DNA of 64,000 nucleotides. It comes from an uncultured Desulfosarcina sp. (GTDB lineage: Bacteria > Desulfobacterota > Desulfobacteria > Desulfobacterales > Desulfosarcinaceae). A model generated the notes under the pieces. The model had not been told where the DNA came from. It saw only the letters and a program-made list of their open reading frames with translations, and did no database searches. Where the stretch lies: NCBI GenBank assembly GCA_963674945.2, contig CAXXWQ010000004.1, positions 2,592,001 through 2,656,000 of the forward strand, read 5' to 3'. The translations under genes were made by a program, and so were the position numbers. Numbering within the stretch: the stretch's first letter is position 1; each line of letters opens with the position of its first letter. This document shows positions 28,354 through 38,314 of the stretch, piece after piece.

Positions 28354-30624
28354 ATGGTTTTACCGATGTCGAACCCATCAGACCACCATGACAGATACCG
28401 TCTCGGCCGATTGCCCTGGGCCCTGCTTCCGCTGATTCTGTTTTCCGGACTGTGCATCCTCTGGCCGCGGGTAATCCATGGAGAGGTGTTCGTGGTCAAT
28501 CTTCCCTGGGTGCCCGACCTGGACCTCGCCCTGCAATTCCGACTGGATGGCCTGAATCTGCTGTTCGGCCTGATCATTACCGCAGCCGGATTCTTCGTGA
28601 CCCTCTATTCCGCCGCCTACCTTCCGGAAGACGTCCCGGCCGGACGCTTCTTCGTGATCTTACAGGCGTTCATGGCGGCCATGCTCGGTCTGATAACGGC
28701 CGACAACCTGCTGCTGCTCTTTGTCTTCTGGGAAATGACCACTGTGTTCTCGTTCCTCCTGATCGGCTTTGATCATGAATCGGCCACGGCGCGCGACAAC
28801 GCCCGCCAGGCGCTCTTGGTCACCGGTGGCGGCGGACTGGCATTGTTGCTCGGCATTTTGCTGATGGAAATCGCCGGCACATCCCTTACCCTCAGTGACT
28901 GGTTGACCGCCGGCGACCAGCTCCGGGGACATGACCTGTATGTTCCGATCCTGATCCTGCTGCTGCTGGGGGCGATGACCAAATCCGCCCAGATGCCGTT
29001 CCATTTCTGGTTGCCCAATGCCATGTGCGCGCCGACGCCCATCAGTGCCTTTCTGCACGCCGCCACCATGGTCAAAGCAGGCATTTATCTGCTGATGCGC
29101 CTGCACCCCCTGATGGGCGGGACCCCCTTGTGGATGGGCAGCCTGGTCATCATCGGCGGCGTCACGGCACTGTGGGGGGCGATCCAGGCCCTCACCTTGT
29201 GTGATCTCAAACGGGTCCTGGCCTATACGACGATCATGGCCCTGGGCATGCTGACCATGTTCCTCGGTGGAAACAACACGGCGTCGCTGACCGCCGCCGC
29301 CACGTTCCTGCTGGTCCACGCCCTCTACAAGGCGGCCCTGTTTCTGGCCGTCGGTATCATCGACCACCAGACCGGCACACGGCAGTGCGATCGCCTGGGC
29401 GGGCTCTGGCGGGCCATGCCACTGACCGCCCTTGCCGTGGCCACCGCAACGATGTCCATGGCCGGTTTCCCCTTGTTTTTCGGCTTCATCGGCAAGGAAA
29501 TTATGTACAAGGGCGTTCTGACCGAAGAGGTGTTCCCCCTGTTCGCCGTCACCATCGCTCTTCTGGCCAACGCCTTGATGACCGCCGTGGCCGGCTTTCT
29601 GCTGCTCGGCCCATTCACAGGCAAACGTCCCCTGCAGCTGGCGGCGGTCCGGGAGGCATCATGGCCCATGCTGCTGGGTCCCGGTTTCATGGGCGGGCTA
29701 TGCCTGCTGTTCGGCCTAATTCCCGGGTGGGTCGGCGAAACGATGATCCAGCCGGCGGTGCACGCCTTTCACGCCGGCGGTGAACCGATTGATCTGGCGA
29801 TTTTTCATGGATTCAATACGCCGCTGCTGCTCAGTATCGCCACCCTGACGCTGGGTTCGGGAATTTATTTGATGCGCGGTGTCCTGGGAGGTTGGATCTC
29901 GGCGTTCAGTCAACGACTCCCCATTACGGCCCACGGCGTCTACGAAGCCGGCATCCACGGATTCGCCCATGCGGCGGGTTGGATCATCCGACGAGTCCAG
30001 AACGGCTCATTGCACGCCTATCTGCTGACGATCATGGCGGTGTTCACGATGACGACGATTGGCGTCTGGTTGACAAACGGGGTGGAGATCGGCCATATGG
30101 CGCTACCGCGGCTGCCCCTGGCCCAGTGGGTCCTGGTACTGCTGATGGTTGCCGCCGTATGCGTGGTGGTCACGACCCGTTCACGCGTACTTGCCGTATG
30201 CGCATTGGGAATCGTCGGTTCCGGCGCGGCGTTGGTGTTTTTAATTTACGGTGCTCCAGACCTGGCACTCACCCAACTGCTGGTGGAAACGCTGACCCTG
30301 ATCATCGTGTCCATCATCCTGTTGCGTCTGCCACCGCTTCCCCCACGGGCTGACGGCGGGAGGTACTCCCGGTGGCGAACGGCCCTTTTGGCCGTCGGCG
30401 GCGGTACCGTCGTCGCCGCACTCTCCCTGGCGACGACCCGGGGTGCCATGGACTTGCAGCTGACCGAGTTCTTCGCGCAGCACAGCTACCTGGCGGCCCA
30501 CGGCCGCAATATCGTCAACGTCATCCTGGTCGATTTCCGTGGTCTGGATACCCTTGGGGAAATTACCGTTGTTGCCACGGCGGGCCTGGCCGGTGCGGCA
30601 CTGATCGCCCGGCAGAGGAGGTGA
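28354..30624 (+). CDS. mrpA: Mrp Na+/H+ antiporter subunit A
   Basis: FRLDGL, FWEMTT, TKSAQMPFHFWLPNAM.APTPISAFLHAATMVKAG, APDLALTQLLVET, NIVNVILVDFRGLDTLGE. Confidence 0.93.
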   Translation: MVLPMSNPSDHHDRYRLGRLPWALLPLILFSGLCILWPRVIHGEVFVVNLPWVPDLDLALQFRLDGLNLLFGLIITAAGFFVTLYSAAYLPEDVPAGRFFVILQAFMAAMLGLITADNLLLLFVFWEMTTVFSFLLIGFDHESATARDNARQALLVTGGGGLALLLGILLMEIAGTSLTLSDWLTAGDQLRGHDLYVPILILLLLGAMTKSAQMPFHFWLPNAMCAPTPISAFLHAATMVKAGIYLLMRLHPLMGGTPLWMGSLVIIGGVTALWGAIQALTLCDLKRVLAYTTIMALGMLTMFLGGNNTASLTAAATFLLVHALYKAALFLAVGIIDHQTGTRQCDRLGGLWRAMPLTALAVATATMSMAGFPLFFGFIGKEIMYKGVLTEEVFPLFAVTIALLANALMTAVAGFLLLGPFTGKRPLQLAAVREASWPMLLGPGFMGGLCLLFGLIPGWVGETMIQPAVHAFHAGGEPIDLAIFHGFNTPLLLSIATLTLGSGIYLMRGVLGGWISAFSQRLPITAHGVYEAGIHGFAHAAGWIIRRVQNGSLHAYLLTIMAVFTMTTIGVWLTNGVEIGHMALPRLPLAQWVLVLLMVAAVCVVVTTRSRVLAVCALGIVGSGAALVFLIYGAPDLALTQLLVETLTLIIVSIILLRLPPLPPRADGGRYSRWRTALLAVGGGTVVAALSLATTRGAMDLQLTEFFAQHSYLAAHGRNIVNVILVDFRGLDTLGEITVVATAGLAGAALIARQRR

Positions 30625-30632
30625 ACGGCACC

Positions 30633-31043
30633 ATGGACTCTCATATTCTGCGGATTGCCACACGCATGCTGGTGGGATTGATCCTGGTATTTTCCATCTA
30701 CCTGCTATTTCGCGGGCACAATGCGCCGGGCGGGGGATTTTCCGCTGCCCTGGTGGCCGGGACGGGCTTCTCGCTGTTTGCCATTACCGAGGGCCCGCGG
30801 GCTGTCCGGCAGTCCCTTCGAATCGATCCCCTCAACTGCACCGCCTGGGGAATGCTGCTGGCCATCGGATCGGGGCTGCCGGCCGTCGTGACCGGCCGCC
30901 CTTTTCTGACGGGACTGTGGTGGCCGGTCGATTCCGTCGGTAATGCAGCCGTCCTGGGAACACCCATGTTGTTCGACACGGGGGTCTTTCTGGTGGTCGT
31001 CGGCGCCATCTTAACCCTGATGCTTCATCTGGAGGAACGCTGA
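30633..31043 (+). CDS. mrpB: Mrp antiporter subunit B
   Basis: RGHNAPGGGF, FDTGVFLVVVG; position in operon. Confidence 0.92.
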   Translation: MDSHILRIATRMLVGLILVFSIYLLFRGHNAPGGGFSAALVAGTGFSLFAITEGPRAVRQSLRIDPLNCTAWGMLLAIGSGLPAVVTGRPFLTGLWWPVDSVGNAAVLGTPMLFDTGVFLVVVGAILTLMLHLEER

Positions 31044-31044
31044 C

Positions 31045-31431
31045 ATGGAGACGGTACTGGCCCTGCTCAGTGGTGCACTGGTCGCCGGCAGCTTCTACCT
31101 GATGCTGGGCAGGGACCTGGTACGCTTCATTTTCGGGCTCGTACTGGCCGGCAATGCCGTGAATCTGGTAATTTTCGCGGCCGGACGACCGGATACGGCC
31201 ACGCCCCCCTTGATTCCGGACGATGCCGTGATACCGGCCGCCGCCATGGCCAACAGCCTGCCCCAGGCCCTGATCCTGACGGCCATCGTCATCGGCTTCG
31301 CCCTGCTGGTGTTCGTCTTCATCCTGTTTTTTCGTGCCTATGAAACGCTGGGCACCATCGATACCGAAGCCATGACCGATGCGGAGCGCCTCGACGCCGA
31401 TCCGACAAACCAAGCGGAGCGTACCCCATGA
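31045..31431 (+). CDS. mrpC: Mrp antiporter subunit C
   Basis: GNAVNLVIF, LPQALILTAIVIGFA. Confidence 0.93.
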   Translation: METVLALLSGALVAGSFYLMLGRDLVRFIFGLVLAGNAVNLVIFAAGRPDTATPPLIPDDAVIPAAAMANSLPQALILTAIVIGFALLVFVFILFFRAYETLGTIDTEAMTDAERLDADPTNQAERTP

Positions 31432-32930
31432 ACGGTTGGCTGGCAGCCCCCATCATCCTCCCATTTGCGGTCGCCGCCCTTTCACTGCTGATCCGCCGCC
31501 GCCCGCTGCTGCAGAACACGATGGCCATGGTGAGCGCCACCGCGCACCTGACGCTGGGCGCCTGGCTGCTCTACCGGACGCACACCACCGGGATAACTGT
31601 TTTGCATGTGGGCAGCTGGCAGGCACCGTTCGGTATTGCCCTGGTATCCGACCACCTCGGCGCCCTGATGTTGCTGATCACCGGAGTAGTGTACGCCGCC
31701 GTCACCGTCTATTCTCGGGAAGATATCGATGTCGATGCATGCCACCGGGGATATTACCCGCTGCTGCACATTCTGGTGGGTGGCATCAGCGGCGCGTTTC
31801 TGACCGGAGATCTGTTCAACCTCTACGTCTGGTTCGAGGTGATGCTGATGGCTTCCTTCGGCCTCCTGGTGCTCGGCCGGACCCGAGCGCAATTGGACGG
31901 AGGCGTCAAATACGTGGTCATCAACCTGCTTTCCACATTGCTTTTTCTGACCGGCCTGGGATTACTCTATGGCATGACCGGCACACTCAACATGGCCCAT
32001 CTGCACGTCAAACTGCAGACAGCCGCCGATCCGGCGCTGGCGGCGGCGGTGGCGGTGCTGTTTCTCACTGCATTCGGCATCAAGTCCGGTCTGTTCCCGC
32101 TTTTTTTCTGGTTGCCGGCCGCCTATCATACACCCCCGGTCGCCGTCTCGGCGATCTTTTCCGGACTATTGACCAAAGTGGGTGTCTATGCCCTGATTCG
32201 GATCTTTACCCTGGTTTTTCCTTTCACCGACAATGGCCTGCGGGAACTCGTGCTCGCGGCCGCTGCACTGACCATGATCGTCGGGGTCGTCGGCGCGGCG
32301 GCACACGGTGAAGTGCGCAGGATTCTCTCCTTTCATATCATCAGCCAGGTCGGATACATGGTCCTGGGACTGGGACTGTTCACTCCCCTGGCCCTGGCCG
32401 GTGCGGTGTTCTATCTGCTGCATCACATCGTGGTCAAAGCCAATCTGTTTCTGATCAGTGGCCTGCTGCGGCAACGGGGCGGCTCTTTCGCGCTTTCCCG
32501 CCTGGGGGGATTCTACAAATCAAATGGATTGATCGCGATCCTTTTTTTCATTCCTGCCTTCTCGCTGGCCGGCTTTCCCCCGCTGTCCGGATTCTGGGCC
32601 AAGATGATGCTCATCCGGGCCAGTCTGGAAATCGGCCGTTTCCTTCTCGCCGGCGTCGCAGCCGTGGTGGGCCTGCTGACGGTTTATTCCATGACCAAAA
32701 TATGGAACGAAGCCTTCTGGAAGCCGGCGCCCGTTCCCGTGGCGGATTCCGGCAGCCTGCCGGCAAACGGCGGCAAGGGATGGATGTTCGGTCCGGTGGT
32801 CGCCCTGGCAGTGATCACCCTGCTCATGGGTCTGTCGCCGAATCCGATATACCAGCTGGCCCGCCAGGCTGCCGAAGAGCTTATGGACCCGGGGGCGTAT
32901 GTTTACAGCGTGGTGGGGGATCTGCCATGA
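31428..32930 (+). CDS. mrpD: Mrp antiporter subunit D
   Basis: GSWQAPFGI, GDLFNLYVWFEVMLMAS, FWLPAAY, LTKVGVYA, GFPPLSGFWAK; ATGA overlap. Confidence 0.93.
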   Translation: MNGWLAAPIILPFAVAALSLLIRRRPLLQNTMAMVSATAHLTLGAWLLYRTHTTGITVLHVGSWQAPFGIALVSDHLGALMLLITGVVYAAVTVYSREDIDVDACHRGYYPLLHILVGGISGAFLTGDLFNLYVWFEVMLMASFGLLVLGRTRAQLDGGVKYVVINLLSTLLFLTGLGLLYGMTGTLNMAHLHVKLQTAADPALAAAVAVLFLTAFGIKSGLFPLFFWLPAAYHTPPVAVSAIFSGLLTKVGVYALIRIFTLVFPFTDNGLRELVLAAAALTMIVGVVGAAAHGEVRRILSFHIISQVGYMVLGLGLFTPLALAGAVFYLLHHIVVKANLFLISGLLRQRGGSFALSRLGGFYKSNGLIAILFFIPAFSLAGFPPLSGFWAKMMLIRASLEIGRFLLAGVAAVVGLLTVYSMTKIWNEAFWKPAPVPVADSGSLPANGGKGWMFGPVVALAVITLLMGLSPNPIYQLARQAAEELMDPGAYVYSVVGDLP

Positions 32931-33400
32931 ACCTGCTCTTCATCAATACCTTTATCGCGCTGGCGTTTGTGGGCGTAAAAGGAAAATTCAACCTGACCGG
33001 CTTTTTGGTGGGGTTCGCCCTGGGCTATCTGGCCCTGTGGATCACCCAGCCGCTATACGGCAACACGGGCTATTTCCGGCGCGTCCCCAAAACGCTGCGT
33101 CTGGGTCTCTTTTTTATCATCGAACTGATCCGGTCCAACCTGCGGGTATTCTGGGATGTCATCACTCCCGGCCACATCAGTCATCCGGGCATTGTCGGCG
33201 TCCCCCTGACCGCAAGAACCGACGTGGAAATCCTGCTTGTGGCCAATTTGATTTCCCTGACACCGGGAACGTTGAGTATCGACCTCTCCGAGGATCGCCA
33301 GACTCTCTTCGTGCATGTGATGTTTCTGGACGATCCCGAAAAATTCCGGCAAAGCATCAAGGAGGGAATCGAACGCCGGGTGTTGGCGGTGACGCGATGA
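32927..33400 (+). CDS. mrpE: Mrp antiporter subunit E
   Basis: ANLISLTPGTLSIDLS...LFVHVM; ATGA overlap. Confidence 0.92.
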   Translation: MNLLFINTFIALAFVGVKGKFNLTGFLVGFALGYLALWITQPLYGNTGYFRRVPKTLRLGLFFIIELIRSNLRVFWDVITPGHISHPGIVGVPLTARTDVEILLVANLISLTPGTLSIDLSEDRQTLFVHVMFLDDPEKFRQSIKEGIERRVLAVTR

Positions 33401-33717
33401 CGATCGACGCGACTATGTTGCTTTCAGGGGTTAGCCGGTTGTCGCTGGCGTTGCTGCTGATCAGTATTGGGCTTGCTTTCCTGCGCCTGGTACGGGGACC
33501 ACAGGCAGCGGACCGTGTCATTGCACTGGATTTAATTGCAGTGCTAATCGTCGCGTTTTTGGCGGCCTATGCGATCCATACAGGCAACACCTCTTTCCTG
33601 GATGTGGCCATCGCGTATGCCCTGGTTGCTTTTCTGGGAACGGTCGCCCTGGCGCGTTTTTTGATCCGATCGAAACGACGGAATGATGGACGGCCATCTT
33701 CCCGGAGGATTCCATGA
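33397..33717 (+). CDS. mrpF: Mrp antiporter subunit F
   Basis: RLVRGP.AADRVIALD, FLGTVALARF; ATGA overlap. Confidence 0.92.
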   Translation: MTIDATMLLSGVSRLSLALLLISIGLAFLRLVRGPQAADRVIALDLIAVLIVAFLAAYAIHTGNTSFLDVAIAYALVAFLGTVALARFLIRSKRRNDGRPSSRRIP

Positions 33718-34124
33718 ACGCCATCATCGCCGCAATCCTGCTATTGGCCGGAACGCTGTTCTGCCTGGTCGCCGCCGTGGGCATGCTGCGGCTGCCGGAC
33801 ACCCTTATCCGCATGCACGCGGCAACCAAAGCCGGCACCCTGGGTGCAGGATTTATTCTCGCGGCACAGGCCGTAGCCGCCGGCGAGTTGGGAACCACCC
33901 TGAAGGTCATCGCCGTCATCGTCTTTCTGCTACTCACCGCACCAGTGGCGGCGCACCTCATCGGACGCGCCGCCTATCGCCGGGGAATCCAACTGTACGA
34001 TGGCACATGGACCGACGAACTCGCCCAGACGATGAGAAAAAGTGGCATCGATGGTCCGCTGCCGGGTCGGCAGGCCCTGGAACCCGCTCAGGGAACAACC
34101 CAGAGCGCACCGCCGGAAAACTGA
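33714..34124 (+). CDS. mrpG: Mrp antiporter subunit G
   Basis: GMLRLPD...RMHAATKAGTLG, LLTAPVAAHLIGRAA. Confidence 0.92.
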   Translation: MNAIIAAILLLAGTLFCLVAAVGMLRLPDTLIRMHAATKAGTLGAGFILAAQAVAAGELGTTLKVIAVIVFLLLTAPVAAHLIGRAAYRRGIQLYDGTWTDELAQTMRKSGIDGPLPGRQALEPAQGTTQSAPPEN

Positions 34125-35020
34125 TTGACCAGATACCGGCTGACGCTGCCGGAAAAGTATCTTCTGTTCGTTCCTCGCCGTCCGAGGATGAGGGTTCCGA
34201 AGTCACCTTTGCCATAGGCATCGAGGATTGCCTTGGCCACCTTGAATCCGCCTTTTCGAACATCGATGCGAATCTGGCTCTCACTGATTCCGGCATCATC
34301 CAGTTTTTTTAGCGCATGGGCGTAGAACCGGTCGATGTAGGCCTTGTCACTTTGCTGGATGATCTCTTCCAACTGTGAAGTATCCGTATCCGAAAAATCG
34401 ATGGGGCAGAAATCGGACAGCCGAGGGACAACATGGAAAAAAGTGATCGTCGTTGCGGGGTTACCACCGAAGACAAAAGAGAGATGATCCACGGCGCGCA
34501 AGGAACTCTGGGACCCGTCTACGGCCACCATGATACCGTTGGCGGTTGGTTTTTCGTCCACCACCCAGATGGGGAGCAACTCGGAGTTGTCCACGATGTT
34601 GTGGCTGACGCTGCCTGTGAACACTTCCGTTAGGCCGGACACGCCCCGCCGGCCGATGATGATGGCGTCATACAGCAGTGCCGTGCCGTATTCTAGAATG
34701 TCTTTTGCCACACCAAACTTTTTGGGCAGTGTTACGATCTGGACGTCCGCTTCGGCGACACCCATGGAGACCATCAGGGCTTTTTGCTTTTCAAGCAAAG
34801 CGTTTGCCGCCTCGTGGGTTTTTCGCATCAGCTTCTTCAGCTCGGCATTGGCGCTGGGTTTTATCCTGGCCTCGTCCACAAGGTATTGAGAGATGGTGGG
34901 CTGGACGTGGTACAAGACAAACTTGAGTTCCTTCACCGAATCGATTAAACCCGCCGCATATCGTAACGCATTCTCCGAATGACGCGAGTCATCCACCGCA
35001 ATCAGTACTTTCTTTTCCAT
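34088..35020 (-). CDS. Universal stress protein (two USP domains)
   Basis: KVLIAVDDS, IIIGRRG.SG...GSVS, IMVAVDGS, LILGRRG...GSVS; 37-bp convergent overlap with mrpG. Confidence 0.9.
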   Translation of the reverse strand: MEKKVLIAVDDSRHSENALRYAAGLIDSVKELKFVLYHVQPTISQYLVDEARIKPSANAELKKLMRKTHEAANALLEKQKALMVSMGVAEADVQIVTLPKKFGVAKDILEYGTALLYDAIIIGRRGVSGLTEVFTGSVSHNIVDNSELLPIWVVDEKPTANGIMVAVDGSQSSLRAVDHLSFVFGGNPATTITFFHVVPRLSDFCPIDFSDTDTSQLEEIIQQSDKAYIDRFYAHALKKLDDAGISESQIRIDVRKGGFKVAKAILDAYGKGDFGTLILGRRGTNRRYFSGSVSRYLVNQFSGGALWVVP

Positions 35021-35188
35021 GGTGGGCCCTCCAAATATAATTTCGTAGTGGAATTATTTTTGGAAGTCTACAGGAAACCCATCCCGATAACAATGGATCT
35101 GTTTCAGTTATATGCTTGTTTTTGCCTGCCACCGTGTCAATCGAGCACGGATGGAAGGATAGCAATTGTAAACGGATCGATTTCCTTG

Positions 35189-38110
35189 CTAGGGCACCGT
35201 CCCGGCAAGAATTGCGATTTCCGCCACGGATGTCCAGGCATTGGCGTTTACTTCCGTGAGCGCCACGAGTCGGACATATCGACCGGCAATGGTGGTGAAA
35301 CGGACCTCTTTTTCGTCATTGCCATTTGCAAACACGCCCTGTGCCACCGGATCGCCCCAGCTCGAAGCGGTGCCGGGCTGGGTCTGGGTCACGTAGAAGG
35401 CATATTCTCCGATCGTTCCATTCGTGCTGCCGTCCTGGCGGGGAAGGTAGCGGAACCCGCCGACGGGGACGATCTCTCCGAAATCGATCCAGATTTCGTG
35501 TGGTGGATGGGTCACTTCGCTGGACCATTTGGTGTGCCAGAACGTATTCGGATCCCCATCGAAGGCTTGGACGGCGGGTGCATATTCCCTCATCACCTCC
35601 TCGCTGTCCACATAGAGCAGGGTCCAGGTTGCCGGAGAGATCGGATCCCCGGTCTGGGGCTGAACAGGCAATGGGTCGCCGTATAATATGGTCATTTCCG
35701 CCACGGATGTCCAGGCATTGGCGTTTACTTCCGTGAGCGCCACGAGTCGGACATATCGACCGGCAATGGTGGTGAAACGGACCTCTTTTTCGTCATTGCC
35801 ATTTGCAAACACGCCCTGTGCCACCGGATCGCCCCAGCTCGAAGCGGTGCCGGGCTGGGTCTGGGTCACGTAGAAGGCATATTCTCCGATCGTTCCATTC
35901 GTGCTGCCGTCCTGGCGGGGAAGGTAGCGGAACCCGCCGACGGGGACGATCTCTCCGAAATCGATCCAGATTTCGTGTGGTGGATGGGTCACTTCGCTGG
36001 ACCATTTGGTGTGCCAGAACGTATTCGGATCCCCATCGAAGGCTTGGACGGCGGGTGCATATTCCCTCATCACCTCCTCGCTGTCCACATAGAGCAGGGT
36101 CCAGGTTGCCGGAGAGATCGGATCCCCGGTCTGGGGCTGGTCGGGTGGAGGATCTTCACGGAGTATCGTCAGCTCCGCTACGGATGTCCAGGCTCTGGCA
36201 TTGATTTCCGTAAGGGCGACCAAGCGGACATAACGGCCGGACAAGGACGAAAAAAGAATTTCATGCTCGGACCCGGCACCGGCAAATTCGCCTCGTGCAA
36301 CCGGCTCGCCCCAGCTGGAAGCGTCGGCCGGCATTTCTGTGGTCGCATAGAAGGCATATTCTCCAATAGATCCATTCATGCTGCCGTCTTGGCGGGGAAG
36401 GTAGCGGAATCCGCCGATTTTGACAGTTTCACCCAGATCAATCCATATCTCATGAGGTGGATCGGTCACGTCGGCGGACCATTTGGTGTGCCAGAACGTA
36501 TTCGGATCCCCATCGAAGGCTTGGGCAGCAGGTGCATATTCGTATGCCACCTCCTCGCTGTCCACATAGAGCAGGGTCCAGTTTGTCGGAGAGATCGGAC
36601 CATCAGCCGACGGGATGAGGTCCTTTTGGTTTGTAATGAAAAGTTTGTCCAATCTTGTACCATCGTCTCGATGTTTTATGGATAGCCGGTGTGTGCCGGC
36701 ACTTAAATGAAACGATACCGGGTTCTCGTAATTTCTCGGTTGTTCGGGTTCTCGAATACTCACCACGTCCCATGTCCAGTTTTCTTGCTCACCGTGTTTG
36801 GTGTACCAGGTAACTTCGTTGGCGTCATCAACGGACACAAAAAAGGAGTCTCCCTGCGTCTCATTGGAAGACTGCCGCGCCCAGATCCGATACTCTCCTT
36901 CCTCTGGCACGGCAAAATGAAATTCCCCGCACCCGTCGGCCTCCAAAGGATTTTCCACACTGCCGTTTCCGGAAGGGACCCAAATATAACTGCCGTGGCT
37001 GGCAGCTTCATCATCTGCAATCTCCATTGGCCATTGCATGTCGCCATCTTCTGCTTCGATAATGATGTTTACCGGAGAACTTTCCGAAAAGGATACTGAA
37101 ATGGTGTGGTTTTCATTTACATTATCGAATACGTAGCTGGCAACGGCGCCCAAAGATTCGCCATCGACCACGACATCTGAAATGTGAAACCCCGGGTCTG
37201 GTGTAAAAGAAAAGGGTTGATGCCCGCCATTGGATACCGCCACTGTTTCGGCCGGCATGATCGTGCCATTGCCTCCTGAAGTTGCCGTGATCTCAAAGAA
37301 ATCGGCTTCAAAAGCGGCATGAATCGTATGATTTCCGTCGACTGAGGTGAAAATATAGGAATTGGATGTCTCGACCGGCGTGCCATCCACGAAAAGGCCG
37401 GAAACATGGTAACCAACTGCCGGTATGATGGAAAATGTGATATGATCACCATCGGTTACTATTGAATCGTCTGAGGGCGAGATTTCACCATTGGGACCTG
37501 CCGTAGCAGTGATTACGTAAGTGTCAATGGCAAATGTCGCTTCGATGGCATGATTTTCAGTGACTTCGTCGAATGTGTAGGAAGAGATCGCCCCTTGGGA
37601 CACACCATCAATTGTAACGTCTGCAATATGATGGCCGGCATCAGGGGTGATGGCAAAGGTCTGATTCGTTCCCTCGATCACGACGACCTCACCATTCGGT
37701 GAAAGAATACCATGTTCGCCGGCAGTTGCCATGATCGTATGCCGAACGGGTTCAATCGTCGGCGTGACGCAGGAGACTTCTTGGGAGTCCGGACTCTGCA
37801 TTGCTCCATCATATGCCCGCACCACAAAATAATAGGTGGTTTCCCAATCCAGGTTGTACACATTTCCACTGGTTTCCGAGCCTGTCCAGCAAGGGGTATC
37901 GTAGTCGTAGACCTCTCCCTGCTTTCGCTGGTAAATTCGGTATCCTTCAGGCGCGGGATCATTTTCTTCCCATGATACCGTGACACCTGCGGTATTTGGA
38001 ACCGTGTAGGTTGCGGCCGAGAGTCGGAAGGCTGGCAGTGCCAGGATGACACCGACGGTAAACGCAAAACAGACAAGGGTGGTGAACAGGTTTGACAACC
38101 GTTGAAACAT
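35189..38110 (-). CDS. Secreted multidomain adhesin/lectin-like protein: FN3, three InlB-B-like repeats, CBM-like jelly-roll domain, three F5/8 type C (discoidin) domains
   Basis: Signal peptide; VTVSW...GYRIY...YYFVVRAYD (FN3); 3x (ITATAG.NG.ISP...F.I.P..GYH...V.VDG); IIIEAED domain; 3x AFDGDPNTFWHTKW...EIWIDLG...FRYLPRQDG...GRYVRLVAL. Confidence 0.85.
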   Translation of the reverse strand: MFQRLSNLFTTLVCFAFTVGVILALPAFRLSAATYTVPNTAGVTVSWEENDPAPEGYRIYQRKQGEVYDYDTPCWTGSETSGNVYNLDWETTYYFVVRAYDGAMQSPDSQEVSCVTPTIEPVRHTIMATAGEHGILSPNGEVVVIEGTNQTFAITPDAGHHIADVTIDGVSQGAISSYTFDEVTENHAIEATFAIDTYVITATAGPNGEISPSDDSIVTDGDHITFSIIPAVGYHVSGLFVDGTPVETSNSYIFTSVDGNHTIHAAFEADFFEITATSGGNGTIMPAETVAVSNGGHQPFSFTPDPGFHISDVVVDGESLGAVASYVFDNVNENHTISVSFSESSPVNIIIEAEDGDMQWPMEIADDEAASHGSYIWVPSGNGSVENPLEADGCGEFHFAVPEEGEYRIWARQSSNETQGDSFFVSVDDANEVTWYTKHGEQENWTWDVVSIREPEQPRNYENPVSFHLSAGTHRLSIKHRDDGTRLDKLFITNQKDLIPSADGPISPTNWTLLYVDSEEVAYEYAPAAQAFDGDPNTFWHTKWSADVTDPPHEIWIDLGETVKIGGFRYLPRQDGSMNGSIGEYAFYATTEMPADASSWGEPVARGEFAGAGSEHEILFSSLSGRYVRLVALTEINARAWTSVAELTILREDPPPDQPQTGDPISPATWTLLYVDSEEVMREYAPAVQAFDGDPNTFWHTKWSSEVTHPPHEIWIDFGEIVPVGGFRYLPRQDGSTNGTIGEYAFYVTQTQPGTASSWGDPVAQGVFANGNDEKEVRFTTIAGRYVRLVALTEVNANAWTSVAEMTILYGDPLPVQPQTGDPISPATWTLLYVDSEEVMREYAPAVQAFDGDPNTFWHTKWSSEVTHPPHEIWIDFGEIVPVGGFRYLPRQDGSTNGTIGEYAFYVTQTQPGTASSWGDPVAQGVFANGNDEKEVRFTTIAGRYVRLVALTEVNANAWTSVAEIAILAGTVP
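35217..36139. repeat. Intragenic tandem duplication, period 477 bp (two apparently identical 446-bp blocks)
   Basis: 35217-35662 matches 35694-36139; shadow ORFs 35316-35528 and 35793-36005 have identical translations; a diverged third unit follows to about 36600. Confidence 0.95.
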
Positions 38111-38173
38111 ACTACGATCCTCCGTGGTTCAAAGATGGACAACCGGTAGATCCACAGAGGATGCATCCGCTTG

Positions 38174-38268
38174 CCTTCGGCGGCCCTGCTGCCGTGTCTT
38201 CTTGAAAAAAGAAGAGTTAGGCCAGAAGCGTTGCGTCCCATTCTTTCGAATGGTTTGCCATTATCGAG
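38174..38268 (-). ncRNA. Cyclic di-GMP-I (GEMM) riboswitch
   Basis: Minus strand: ATAATGGCAAACCATTCGAAAGAATGGGACGCAACGCTTCTGGCCTAAC...CACGGCAGCAGGGCCGCCGAAGG; GAAA tetraloop P2, CCTAA receptor and P3; in the 5' UTR of the 35189-38110 gene. Confidence 0.9.
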
Positions 38269-38298
38269 CAGCTTGATGACTGTCTCAAAAATCTTTTT

Positions 38299-38314
38299 TG
38301 CAATCAAAATGCCA
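38299..38314 (-). promoter_or_regulatory. Sigma54 (-24/-12) promoter upstream of the riboswitch
   Basis: Minus strand TGGCAT-TTTGA-TTGCA, GG-N10-GC spacing; AT-rich sequence upstream. Confidence 0.75.
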
